From assembly GCA_965284445.1 (NCBI GenBank), contig OZ260085.1, positions 2,017,443 to 2,081,442 on the forward strand: a stretch of 64,000 nucleotides of DNA, read 5' to 3'. Source of the DNA: Crocinitomicaceae bacterium (GTDB lineage: Bacteria > Bacteroidota > Bacteroidia > Flavobacteriales_D > Crocinitomicaceae). Shown here piece by piece: positions 1 to 7,963 of the stretch (the first letter of the stretch is position 1; every line of letters begins with the position of its first letter). Under the pieces are notes generated by a model, which did not search any database, was not told where the DNA came from, and saw nothing but the letters and a program-made list of their open reading frames with translations. Both the position numbers and the translations under genes were made by a program.

Positions 1-1158
1 AAACACGACAAATTCAATCTACTCGCAGAAATTAGTTTACATAAGAAAAGGTTAATCGAAAGTTCTGGAAATGTTGACCACGCTGAAATCGAAGAGATAT
101 TAAAAAATGACCTTGATTTTCATGAAAAAAGTTTGACTTACGATAAGTTTTGGAACTTGAAAAGCAGATTGTTTGCGATTCTCGCATCAAAGGGAATTTC
201 TCGTACTCAAGATGATTTGATTCAATTTAAATCAATTATCGATGACTTGCTAAAAACCAAGCAGCAAAAAGAACTTTATTTTGATACACAATATTTGTAC
301 AATCACATTTATAGTGCATACTTTTTTGCCATCGGTGATTTTGAAGATTGCTACCAATATCTAATTCAAAATATTGAACTATTTGAATCCAAAAAAGAAG
401 TAATTGAGGAGCAACCAAATCGTTACTTTTCTATTTTGACGAATGCCATTTTTGTTGCTTCACGATTGAAAATGAATCAAAAATCTCAAGAGTTGCTGAA
501 AAAATTGAAGGAATTACCTCAAAATTATAGTTTCGACACGAATGAGGATTTAAATATCAAACTTTTTTCAAGCACAAACAGCATCGAAATCAGTATCTTA
601 ACACTGAAAGGAGATTTCAAAAGTGCGTTAAAATTGGTTCCGTTGATTGAAGAAGGACTGAGATTGTATGATGAAAAAATAACACCAAACAGAAAAGCCT
701 TTTTGAATTTCAAAATTGCCACTGTTTATTTTATTTCTGGCGATATGCATGCTGCGTTGCAATGGATCAATCGAATTTTGAACGATTCCATGCTTGACAA
801 ACAGGAAGATATTGTTTCGTTTGCACAAATTATGAGTTTGCTTATTCACTTTGAGATGAAGAATGAAAACCTCATCCCGTATGCATTGAAAAGCACACAG
901 CGATTTTTAAAATCTAGAAATCGTTTGTACGAATTTGAAACGATCTTTTTGAAATTCTTGAATCGTGTGAATAAAACCAAAGACTTTTTCAAGCAAGAAA
1001 CGCTTTTTGAGGAATTATACGTTGAACTCGCCCATTTAAAAGAAGATCATTTACAAGCTTTGGCGCTCGAATATTTTGACTTTATGCTTTGGGCGGAAGC
1101 AAAAATGAAAAATATTTCTTTCCAAGAATTAATACAATTAAAATATTCCAGTAAATAA
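1..1158 (+). CDS. Hypothetical helical (TPR-like) protein, 5' end cut by window edge
   Basis: Frame 1 is open from base 1 (KHDKFNLLAEISLHKK...) into the listed ORF 133..1158, whose first codon is TTG. The gene therefore probably starts upstream of the window. Helical repeat-like composition, no catalytic motif seen. Confidence 0.55.
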   Translation, partial: KHDKFNLLAEISLHKKRLIESSGNVDHAEIEEILKNDLDFHEKSLTYDKFWNLKSRLFAILASKGISRTQDDLIQFKSIIDDLLKTKQQKELYFDTQYLYNHIYSAYFFAIGDFEDCYQYLIQNIELFESKKEVIEEQPNRYFSILTNAIFVASRLKMNQKSQELLKKLKELPQNYSFDTNEDLNIKLFSSTNSIEISILTLKGDFKSALKLVPLIEEGLRLYDEKITPNRKAFLNFKIATVYFISGDMHAALQWINRILNDSMLDKQEDIVSFAQIMSLLIHFEMKNENLIPYALKSTQRFLKSRNRLYEFETIFLKFLNRVNKTKDFFKQETLFEELYVELAHLKEDHLQALALEYFDFMLWAEAKMKNISFQELIQLKYSSK

Positions 1159-1161
1159 AAA

Positions 1162-1190
1162 AATCCTGTGGCAGGTTCAACCACAGGATT
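1162..1190. terminator. Hairpin between convergent genes (AATCCTGTGG-N9-CCACAGGATT)
   Basis: Perfect 10-bp inverted repeat, 1162-1171 / 1181-1190, lying between the stop at 1158 (+) and the stop at 1256 (-). A-run upstream. Probably a bidirectional terminator. Confidence 0.6.
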
Positions 1191-1255
1191 CAAGTTTACC
1201 GCATATCGTTCACGGTTTGTAAAAAGTATTTTAATGTAAAGCTTAGAAGAGAGTG

Positions 1256-1558
1256 CTATAATCCAATAACATTTCGAACTTCAACTTCGGTGACTTTTCT
1301 CGGTTTTCCATCCTTACTGAGATAAGTGCGATTCACGATTTTTCCAGTGACTGCAATTCGTTTCCCTTTTCCCCCGAAGTTTTCAATGAATTGAGCAATA
1401 TTTCCAAAGGCAAACAATCGATGCCATTCTGCAGTGTCTTTTCCTTTGACAGGTGATGGTGTTGCCAAATTGAAGCGGGCAACTTTTCCGCCATTTTCAA
1501 AATTTGTTACTTTGGCATTTTCGCCCATATTTCCGATCAATGTAATTTGATTTCTCAT
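1256..1558 (-). CDS. SSB-family single OB-fold protein, tail-less (paralog A, 100 aa)
   Basis: ITLIGNMG start, AEWHRLFAFG (matches E. coli SSB TEWHRVVLFG) and TEVEV strand. The protein ends right after the OB fold, with no Gly/Pro linker and no acidic tip. Confidence 0.85.
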   Translation of the reverse strand: MRNQITLIGNMGENAKVTNFENGGKVARFNLATPSPVKGKDTAEWHRLFAFGNIAQFIENFGGKGKRIAVTGKIVNRTYLSKDGKPRKVTEVEVRNVIGL

Positions 1559-1574
1559 GATTTTAAATATTAAA

Positions 1575-1889
1575 TTATAGAACTACTAAATCGTTTACTT
1601 CCACTTCCGTGATCAATTTTTTACCTCCGGCTTGAGTCTGATAAAATCGAGAAACCAATTTTCCTTCAATGGCCAAACTGATTCCTTTTTGCCCAAGTTC
1701 TTCAAGTACCTGTACCCAATTCCCCCAAGCACTGATGCGGTGCCATTGTTTTCTGTTTTTCACATTTCCTTCTGCATCCAAGTACGATTCCTGTGTAGAC
1801 ATTGAAAACTGAGCGATTTTTCTACCGTTGTTGAGCATTACAACTTTTGGCTCTGAGGTGATTTTACCGATTAAATTTACGTGATTCAT
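1575..1889 (-). CDS. SSB-family single OB-fold protein, tail-less (paralog B, 104 aa)
   Basis: VNLIGKITSEPK, KQWHRISAWG and ITEVEVNDLVVL. It ends after the OB fold. Its stop is 16 nt upstream of the paralog A start. Confidence 0.85.
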   Translation of the reverse strand: MNHVNLIGKITSEPKVVMLNNGRKIAQFSMSTQESYLDAEGNVKNRKQWHRISAWGNWVQVLEELGQKGISLAIEGKLVSRFYQTQAGGKKLITEVEVNDLVVL

Positions 1890-1954
1890 GGTGTGCTATT
1901 TTTAAGTTTTATTGAAATAATTTTGAATGCAAATTGTGAGTGATTTTAGGTGGT

Positions 1955-1990
1955 ATGAACGTTGCAAAAACCACTGATCGCAACGTTCAT
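1955..1990. other. Perfect 11-bp inverted repeat between SSB paralogs C and B
   Basis: ATGAACGTTGC (1955-1965) / GCAACGTTCAT (1980-1990) with a 14-nt loop. The flanking AGGTGGT (1948-1954) can pair with ACCACCT (2008-2014). The T-run is on the + strand only. Confidence 0.5.
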
Positions 1991-2024
1991 TTTTTACACC
2001 CTAACTAACCACCTCATGGGACTT

Positions 2025-2363
2025 TTAAACTTTTGCTGTTTTTGGTGTGAGCAACACGAAATCATGTACTTCAACTTCTGTTTGGTATCTTTTCTCACCT
2101 GTTTTTGTTTCATAACTACTATTTGCCAAACGACCTTCGATCGCAACTTCAAAACCTTTGTCAGCCAATTTCACGAAGTTCTCAGCACTTTTACCCCACA
2201 TATGGGCATTGTGCCATTGTGTGTTGTCTTTCCATTCTCCATTTTTTTCTTTGAACGATTCTTTCGTTGCAATAGAAAAGCGTGTGATCATGAATCCACC
2301 TTTTACAGTTTGAATTTCTGGTTTTGCACCTAAGCGACCGATTAATGTTACTTTGTTTCTCAT
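2025..2363 (-). CDS. SSB-family single OB-fold protein, tail-less (paralog C, about 112 aa)
   Basis: MRNKVTLIGRLGAKPE, TQWHNAHMWG and QTEVEVHDFVLL. The ORF track extends to 2441. The ATGs at 2363 or 2372 fit the conserved SSB N-terminus, and the extension has no SSB counterpart. Confidence 0.8.
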   Translation of the reverse strand: MRNKVTLIGRLGAKPEIQTVKGGFMITRFSIATKESFKEKNGEWKDNTQWHNAHMWGKSAENFVKLADKGFEVAIEGRLANSSYETKTGEKRYQTEVEVHDFVLLTPKTAKV

Positions 2364-2600
2364 TGAGTTCATAATTGTGTGTTTTAAAAAATTTGTAAAT
2401 AAAAATTGAACTAAACGTCGTTGATTGTTTCGACAGTGCAAAGTTGTGGCGACTCCAAAATTTCTTTCGGTTATTAATCATTTGTATTCGATTGTTATTC
2501 GTTTATAAATGAATTAAAACGTTTTTATAATTGAAAATGAAAATATTAAGATCAAAAATAACTTATTTAAAAAAGTGAAAAATTTTAAAAAAATGTTTTG

Positions 2601-2632
2601 AAAATAAAAAAGTCACTCCTATGGAAGTGACG
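2601..2632 (-). terminator. Candidate intrinsic terminator about 200 nt downstream of the GH5 gene
   Basis: Minus-strand hairpin GTCACTTCC-ata-GGAGTGAC followed by TTTTTTATTTT. Confidence 0.4.
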
Positions 2633-2833
2633 AACAATATGTAATGCGAATCAAAAAAGTAAAAAATAGATTACCACCTTTTTATTTTTAATTTAAACTT
2701 ACAAAGTAAAAATTCAACGATATAAAATCGATGGTGTGGCTTCTTTCTAACCAACCAAATAATATAGAAAATCAAAAAAGGAAACCACAGGAATAAAATC
2801 ATATATTTAAAAATAAACCTTTCATCGAGAATA

Positions 2834-4225
2834 TTACTCTCGAAAAAATGTAACTGACTGATTGCCTATCGTAAAGAAATAATAGCCTGAATCCAAATTA
2901 GCTACAGAAATAAACTGAAAGGGTGAATCAATAATTCCAGTTAATAATTTCATTCCCAAGATATTTGTAATCTCAAAAGAACCACTCAATAGATTACTAT
3001 TTGATTTAAAACAGAGTTGTGTACCTACAGGATTAGGAAAAATATCAAAATCTATTTGTTTTAGTTCTTCTATACTATTGCTTAAAACACATTGAGTCGC
3101 ATTTTTCCAAATTTGTTTAATGGGAGTAATTTCATATAAATTGGAAGGAGCTGATAGTTGACTCCAATTCGTTAATATAGTAGAATAAGAATCTGTCCAA
3201 ACATTTACTTTAACATTGGTAGGATTTACGCCAAGCATACCCCAACCTCCCATGTTTACAGTTTTATAAGTCCAGGGAGACCAATGAACATCTTCCAAAC
3301 AATATTGATGCAAAGACCAACGCAAACTTGAATCAGAACTAAATCCATGTAATTCACCTACGTAAAAAGGAACATTTAAATCTTGATGTTGCGCTATTTG
3401 TGGCACATAATTATCGAAAAAATACTGTTGATTCTGTGCTAAAATTGGATAACTCAATCCGTAATAATGATCTTGATAAATTACATTTTTCCAACGAGTC
3501 GTATCCGGTGCAATCCATTCTAACGAAATGATATGGTTCGCATCAACAGAACGAATCGTATCATATATCATTTGAGCAACATGATTATCAAATGACCCCG
3601 TGGGCTCATTTAAAATATCATAACCCAATACCGCAGCATTGCCATTAAAATGATTCGCAAGTGATTTCCAAATTGAACAAGTATGTGCTTTAACATAGTT
3701 GACATCGGAAATGGAATTATAGGAACTGTCTTGTTTCAGCCAAACATGGTAATCAAATAAAACATACATATCACGCTGTGCTGCTTGATCTACTATCCAA
3801 TCAAATCTTGAGAAATCTTGCAATCCGTTTTGATTTAACAGCCATTCACCATTTGAATCTTGCAGGTTTCTCCAGCCAAAAGGTACTCTAACAAAATTAA
3901 ATCCCATACTTTTAATTGAATCCAAATCAGAAGATTGAATCCAGTTATCTTGCCAAGTATTAATTAAAGTTTGAACTTCAAGTGGTGAAAAACGACTTTC
4001 AAGCGAATTGTAGGCAAATCGATCACTGTTCACAGTATCTATAATCCCACACATCCAATTTTCCGTAACGAGCCATCCACCTAAATTGACACCTTTTAGC
4101 ATCAACAAGTCACCGTTGGCATCTTCTACTTTGTTACCTGAAACCTTTAAAACACCTTGAGCTGAAACTCTATCAAAAAACAGTGAAACAATAGTAAATA
4201 GGACACAAAATAAATTTGAATACAT
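2834..4225 (-). CDS. Secreted glycoside hydrolase family 5 with type A T9SS C-terminal sorting domain
   Basis: Signal peptide. GVNLGGWL, FNFVRVPFGW, acid/base DILNEPTG and nucleophile region YVGELHGF. The last ~75 aa (IFPNPVGTQL...GYYFFTIGNQSVTFFRE) look like a Por_Secre_tail. Confidence 0.8.
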   Translation of the reverse strand: MYSNLFCVLFTIVSLFFDRVSAQGVLKVSGNKVEDANGDLLMLKGVNLGGWLVTENWMCGIIDTVNSDRFAYNSLESRFSPLEVQTLINTWQDNWIQSSDLDSIKSMGFNFVRVPFGWRNLQDSNGEWLLNQNGLQDFSRFDWIVDQAAQRDMYVLFDYHVWLKQDSSYNSISDVNYVKAHTCSIWKSLANHFNGNAAVLGYDILNEPTGSFDNHVAQMIYDTIRSVDANHIISLEWIAPDTTRWKNVIYQDHYYGLSYPILAQNQQYFFDNYVPQIAQHQDLNVPFYVGELHGFSSDSSLRWSLHQYCLEDVHWSPWTYKTVNMGGWGMLGVNPTNVKVNVWTDSYSTILTNWSQLSAPSNLYEITPIKQIWKNATQCVLSNSIEELKQIDFDIFPNPVGTQLCFKSNSNLLSGSFEITNILGMKLLTGIIDSPFQFISVANLDSGYYFFTIGNQSVTFFRE

Positions 4226-4259
4226 AGGCGAATGAAATATTAACGCAAGGGAAACTAAT

Positions 4260-4267
4260 CAAATATA
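4260..4267 (-). promoter_or_regulatory. -7 box TATATTTG for the GH5 gene
   Basis: The reverse complement of CAAATATA matches the Bacteroidota sigma-A -7 consensus TAnnTTTG, about 35 nt upstream of the ATG at 4225. Confidence 0.45.
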
Positions 4268-4288
4268 ATAAATTCCTATCGAAAATAT

Positions 4289-4801
4289 TCAAAACAACCC
4301 AAAAACAAAAACCTCCATTCCCATGAAGTTAGTTTCACGCAAAATCTTCATTCCGTTTTTCCTTGCAACATGCATCGATGCCTCATTTTCTTTATGAATG
4401 ATAGATACAAAATTTGTTGCAATTTGATTTTCAAGTCCAAATTGTTTCAACTGTTGCGCAATCTCAGTTCCAAATCCTTGATTCCAATAAGTTGGTTTAA
4501 GTGAATATGCAATTTCAAAGACTTTCTCACCGTCCATTTCACGAACCAAAATTCCACCCATTCCAATAAAATCACCAGAAGATTTTTCAATCACGGCCAA
4601 ATGTCCTAAACCGTCTGTTTGGTATCGCTCCAGTTGTTTTGAAATCCATTCAGTTGCTAAAGTATGGTAATCTTTATTGACATCGATTCCTAAAAAAGCT
4701 AAACGGTCGTTTCCTTCAAAAAATTCTAACCAAGAATTAATGTCATTTTCGGATAAAGCACGAAATTGCAATCGATCTGATTGTTGAGAAAAATAATTCA
4801 T
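4289..4801 (-). CDS. GNAT family N-acetyltransferase (RimJ/RimL-like), last gene of ars cluster
   Basis: Acetyltransferase core NQGFGTEIAQQL. Start trimmed to the ATG at 4801 (MNYFSQQSDRLQFR), 20 nt after the acr3 stop. The track's 4846 start would overlap acr3. Confidence 0.8.
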   Translation of the reverse strand: MNYFSQQSDRLQFRALSENDINSWLEFFEGNDRLAFLGIDVNKDYHTLATEWISKQLERYQTDGLGHLAVIEKSSGDFIGMGGILVREMDGEKVFEIAYSLKPTYWNQGFGTEIAQQLKQFGLENQIATNFVSIIHKENEASMHVARKNGMKILRETNFMGMEVFVFGLF

Positions 4802-4821
4802 TTTGAAAAAGTAAATATCAA

Positions 4822-5880
4822 TTAGTACAATTTCTTCTTCAGCCAAAAAGCCAAATTCACCATTAAAATCAACGCTGGAACTTCCACCAAAGGACCAATA
4901 ACTCCTGCAAAAGCTTGACCAGAATTGATTCCAAAAACGCCAATTGAAACCGCAATCGCTAACTCGAAATTATTGCCAGATGCAGTGAATGAAAGTGCAG
5001 CATTATCAGCGTAACTAGCGCCAGAAAATTTAGCGACAAAAAACATTAACAAAAACATAATTGCAAAAAAGATGACCAAGGGCAATGCGATTTTCAACAC
5101 ATCCAAAGGAATTGACACAATCATCGCCCCTTTTAAACTAAACATTACAATGATGGTAAACAATAACGCAATCAATGTAATTGGAGAAATGAAGGGCAAA
5201 TATTTATTTTCAAACCAATTTTCTCCTTTTGTTTTAATTAAAATAAAGCGACTTACCACCGCCAATGCAAATGGAATTCCTAAATAAATCCCAACGGTTT
5301 TTGCAATTTCTATTACTGTAATATCGATACTCAATGCTTTAATTCCAAAAAGTGGCAACATGATTTCGAGATAGAAATAGGCATACAAACTGAAAAAGAA
5401 TACTTGCAACAAACTATTGATGCCAACCAAACCGGCAACCAATTCGCGGTTTCCTTCAGCCAATTCATTCCAAACAATCACCATCGCAATACATGGAGCC
5501 AAACCGATCACAATCAATCCTGTCATGTATTCAGGATAATCTTTCAAAAATAAAACGGCCAACGAAAACATCAAAAATGGTCCAACAATCCAAGTGATAA
5601 AAAATGAAATTCCCAACAATTTTGGTTTTGCCATTACCTTCGGAATTTTCGAAAATTGCACTTTAGTCAAAGGCGGATACATCATTAATATCAAGCCAAT
5701 AGCAAGTGGAATATTGGTTGTTCCAGTTGAAAAAGAATTAATAAAATCATCTGCTGTCGGAAAAAAATAACCGATGGCAACCCCAATTCCCATCGCCAGA
5801 AAAATCCAAACGGTTAAAAATCGATCTAAAAAACTCAACTTTTTTCTTTCAGAATGTGGTATCAAATTATCTGTTGTCAT
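4822..5880 (-). CDS. acr3: ACR3 family arsenite efflux transporter
   Basis: LSFLDRFLTVWIFLAMGIGVAIGYF, about 10 TM segments, with the length and context typical of ACR3. Confidence 0.9.
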   Translation of the reverse strand: MTTDNLIPHSERKKLSFLDRFLTVWIFLAMGIGVAIGYFFPTADDFINSFSTGTTNIPLAIGLILMMYPPLTKVQFSKIPKVMAKPKLLGISFFITWIVGPFLMFSLAVLFLKDYPEYMTGLIVIGLAPCIAMVIVWNELAEGNRELVAGLVGINSLLQVFFFSLYAYFYLEIMLPLFGIKALSIDITVIEIAKTVGIYLGIPFALAVVSRFILIKTKGENWFENKYLPFISPITLIALLFTIIVMFSLKGAMIVSIPLDVLKIALPLVIFFAIMFLLMFFVAKFSGASYADNAALSFTASGNNFELAIAVSIGVFGINSGQAFAGVIGPLVEVPALILMVNLAFWLKKKLY

Positions 5881-6499
5881 GACTTCTTTTTAATAATGAA
5901 AATACATACAATGTTTCCATTGCAATTTGATTAGAACGTTCCGAGTACTTTTCACTTTGCAAAGCTGTGTCGTCAAATTTTTTCGGGTCTTCATAAGTGG
6001 TCGCAACGCGCAATTCAACTCCTGGAATAAATGGACAATTTTCTTCCGCGTCTGAACATGTCATGATCGCCACAAAAGCAGCGGTCGGATTCGCAGAATC
6101 ATCGTAAACTTTTGAAAAACAAATTGTCTCTTGATTCTCGCCAAATTGAACTGTATATCTCGGATTATCGTTTGTTGATTCAGCTGAGAAAATCTCAAAA
6201 CCTGAATCTTTCAAAGCTTGAATCGCATTTGGATTAAAGGAAGTAGCTTCCGTTCCGCCAGAAAAAGTTTTGACATGTGGAATCGAAAAATACTCGGCTG
6301 CAACCGCCGACCAGATTTGTCCAAAATGACTCCTGCGTGAATTGTGCGTGCAAACATACATCAATTGAACTGGAAGTTTTTCGTCCAATTTCATTTGCAT
6401 ATAATCGGAAATTTTAACTAAAGTAGCTTTTCTTTCTGGTGAAATTGAATCAAATTGCTGAATCAAATGACTGCAAATATTTTGAATTTTAGGAAACAT
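5867..6499 (-). CDS. arsC: Low-molecular-weight phosphatase-type arsenate reductase
   Basis: P-loop CTHNSRRS (CX5R-S), plus ars context. Start trimmed to the ATG at 6499 (MFPKIQNI), directly after the upstream stop at 6501. Confidence 0.75.
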   Translation of the reverse strand: MFPKIQNICSHLIQQFDSISPERKATLVKISDYMQMKLDEKLPVQLMYVCTHNSRRSHFGQIWSAVAAEYFSIPHVKTFSGGTEATSFNPNAIQALKDSGFEIFSAESTNDNPRYTVQFGENQETICFSKVYDDSANPTAAFVAIMTCSDAEENCPFIPGVELRVATTYEDPKKFDDTALQSEKYSERSNQIAMETLYVFSLLKRSHDNR

Positions 6500-6500
6500 A

Positions 6501-7112
6501 TTATTTCTTTTTAAATGCGCCAAACACAAAATTTTGAACGGTTTCAAAAGGTGTTTGATGATCTTCATACTTCGATTCAATCATTTCAAACTTTGGAGCA
6601 AATTGTTCCTCAAGCGATTCAATTGAATACTGTTGAATTTCCAATCCACTGCATTTCAAAGGTCCATTTTCTGAGAATGTTCCGATTACTAAATAATCAT
6701 CAACGAATTGATTCACCAGTTCAACATACTTTTCCTTTTGAGAATCTAGCGTCAAAAAGTGAAATGCAGCGCGATCATGCCAAACGGAATAATTCATTTT
6801 GGGTTGAAAATCTGTTATGTCGCTTACAATCCAATTAACTTTTTCGGCCTTAGATCCCAATCTTAATCGCGCACGATCAATGGCTTTTGCGGAAATATCC
6901 AATACAGTAATATTTTCAAATCCTAATGCCAAAAGGTGATCAACCAATTTACTATCTCCTCCTCCAATATCGATAATTGCAGCTGATTTTGAAACGCCAA
7001 ATGATTCGATAAAGTCAAGTGAAGTCTTTGGAACATCTTGTGTCCAACTTACTTCACTCGGACTTTTAGTCTGATAAACCGTTTCCCAATGATTTTTGCT
7101 TGTGTTTTCCAT
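6501..7112 (-). CDS. Class I SAM-dependent methyltransferase (not canonical ArsM)
   Basis: Motif I IIDIGGGDSKL, then ITVLDIS, with a Rossmann MTase layout. Only one Cys in the whole protein. Confidence 0.8.
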   Translation of the reverse strand: MENTSKNHWETVYQTKSPSEVSWTQDVPKTSLDFIESFGVSKSAAIIDIGGGDSKLVDHLLALGFENITVLDISAKAIDRARLRLGSKAEKVNWIVSDITDFQPKMNYSVWHDRAAFHFLTLDSQKEKYVELVNQFVDDYLVIGTFSENGPLKCSGLEIQQYSIESLEEQFAPKFEMIESKYEDHQTPFETVQNFVFGAFKKK

Positions 7113-7121
7113 CTGAAAAAA

Positions 7122-7595
7122 TTAACAGCATCCACCTCCAGGTGTGCAACAAGCCGCTGCATCTGAACCCAAATCAACTAATTTTAATTTTTGTTTGGAA
7201 GCAGGAATTCCACAAGCATCTTCTGCTAAACAAGCGGTTTGTTTGTTGGTCAACTGAAACGAAATTCCATCGAAATCCAATCCAAATTTACCAATTGTAT
7301 CTGTTTGGTATTCTACTTCAATATCCAAATCGTCAAAATTGAAAATCGCTTCTGATTTTTCGATAATTCCTAATAATTTGCTTGGAGCCAAAAGATGATC
7401 AAAATCATTTGCTTCCCACAATTGGAAATTAATTATTTTTTCCTGTCTAACAGTACCTCCACAATCGATAAAGTTTTTAGTAATCAGACCCACTTCAGTG
7501 ATGTGAAAATGCGCTGGAACAAAACTGTGATTTGGCAATTGAAAAACCACTGAGTCTGCTTTGCTCAAGGCTTCTTTAACTTCTGATAATTTCAT
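7122..7595 (-). CDS. Uncharacterised ars-operon protein with Cys-rich C-terminal tail (DUF6428-like, from memory)
   Basis: Start trimmed to the ATG at 7595 (MKLSEVKEAL), 19 nt after the arsR stop. The tail CLAEDACGIPASKQKLKLVDLGSDAAACCTPGGGCC has 6 Cys, including two vicinal pairs. Confidence 0.7.
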   Translation of the reverse strand: MKLSEVKEALSKADSVVFQLPNHSFVPAHFHITEVGLITKNFIDCGGTVRQEKIINFQLWEANDFDHLLAPSKLLGIIEKSEAIFNFDDLDIEVEYQTDTIGKFGLDFDGISFQLTNKQTACLAEDACGIPASKQKLKLVDLGSDAAACCTPGGGCC

Positions 7596-7614
7596 AATTT
7601 CTAAATTTTTATGT

Positions 7615-7947
7615 TTAACAACATCTTTTTTTCTTCTCATCTAAACCAACTTCTACATGGGCAAAAAATTGCTTAAAAATTTCTAACGCAGTTTCGTCGA
7701 TACAATAGCAAATTGAATTTCCTTCTATGTTTCCCTTGATTAAGCCCGCAGATTTTAATTCTCGCAAGTGTTGAGAAACTGTAGGCTGTGCCAATGGCAA
7801 TTCATTGACAATATCTCCACAGATACAAGTATCTACTTTCAATAAATATTGAATAATAGCTACTCGCGCAGGATGACCAAGTGCCTTTGCCAAAGTTGCA
7901 ATTTGATTTTGCTTTTCAGTAAAATGTTCCGACTTTGTAGCGCCCAT
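7615..7947 (-). CDS. arsR: ArsR/SmtB family metalloregulator
   Basis: Winged-helix LAQPTVSQHLRELKSAGLI. The metalloid-site-like CICGDI sits in the position of the ELCVCDL motif. Confidence 0.9.
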   Translation of the reverse strand: MGATKSEHFTEKQNQIATLAKALGHPARVAIIQYLLKVDTCICGDIVNELPLAQPTVSQHLRELKSAGLIKGNIEGNSICYCIDETALEIFKQFFAHVEVGLDEKKKRCC

Positions 7948-7963
7948 CTTTATGTGTTTATTT

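Noticed and set aside
1962-2333. 123-aa plus-strand ORF, plus 2191..2481 on the minus strand
   Set aside because: They lie antisense to, or out of frame with, the well-supported SSB paralog C. The composition is Cys/Phe-rich and low-complexity, typical of shadow ORFs, and no promoter box is present.
2442-2833. 392-bp AT-rich gap between SSB-C and the GH5 gene as a possible mobile-element scar
   Set aside because: It holds only one hairpin (2601-2632) and no repeats or ORF fragments. It is more simply the terminator region of one gene plus the promoter region of the next.
4289-4846. Calling the GNAT an ArsN1 arsinothricin acetyltransferase, and using the 4846 start
   Set aside because: The sequence looks RimJ/RimL-like and not PAT-like. 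The 4846 start would overlap acr3 by 25 nt, while the ATG at 4801 gives a normal N-terminus.
6501-7112. Calling the ars-operon methyltransferase ArsM
   Set aside because: The protein has only one cysteine and is about 200 aa. Canonical ArsM needs several conserved Cys and is larger. It is kept as a generic SAM methyltransferase with an open question.
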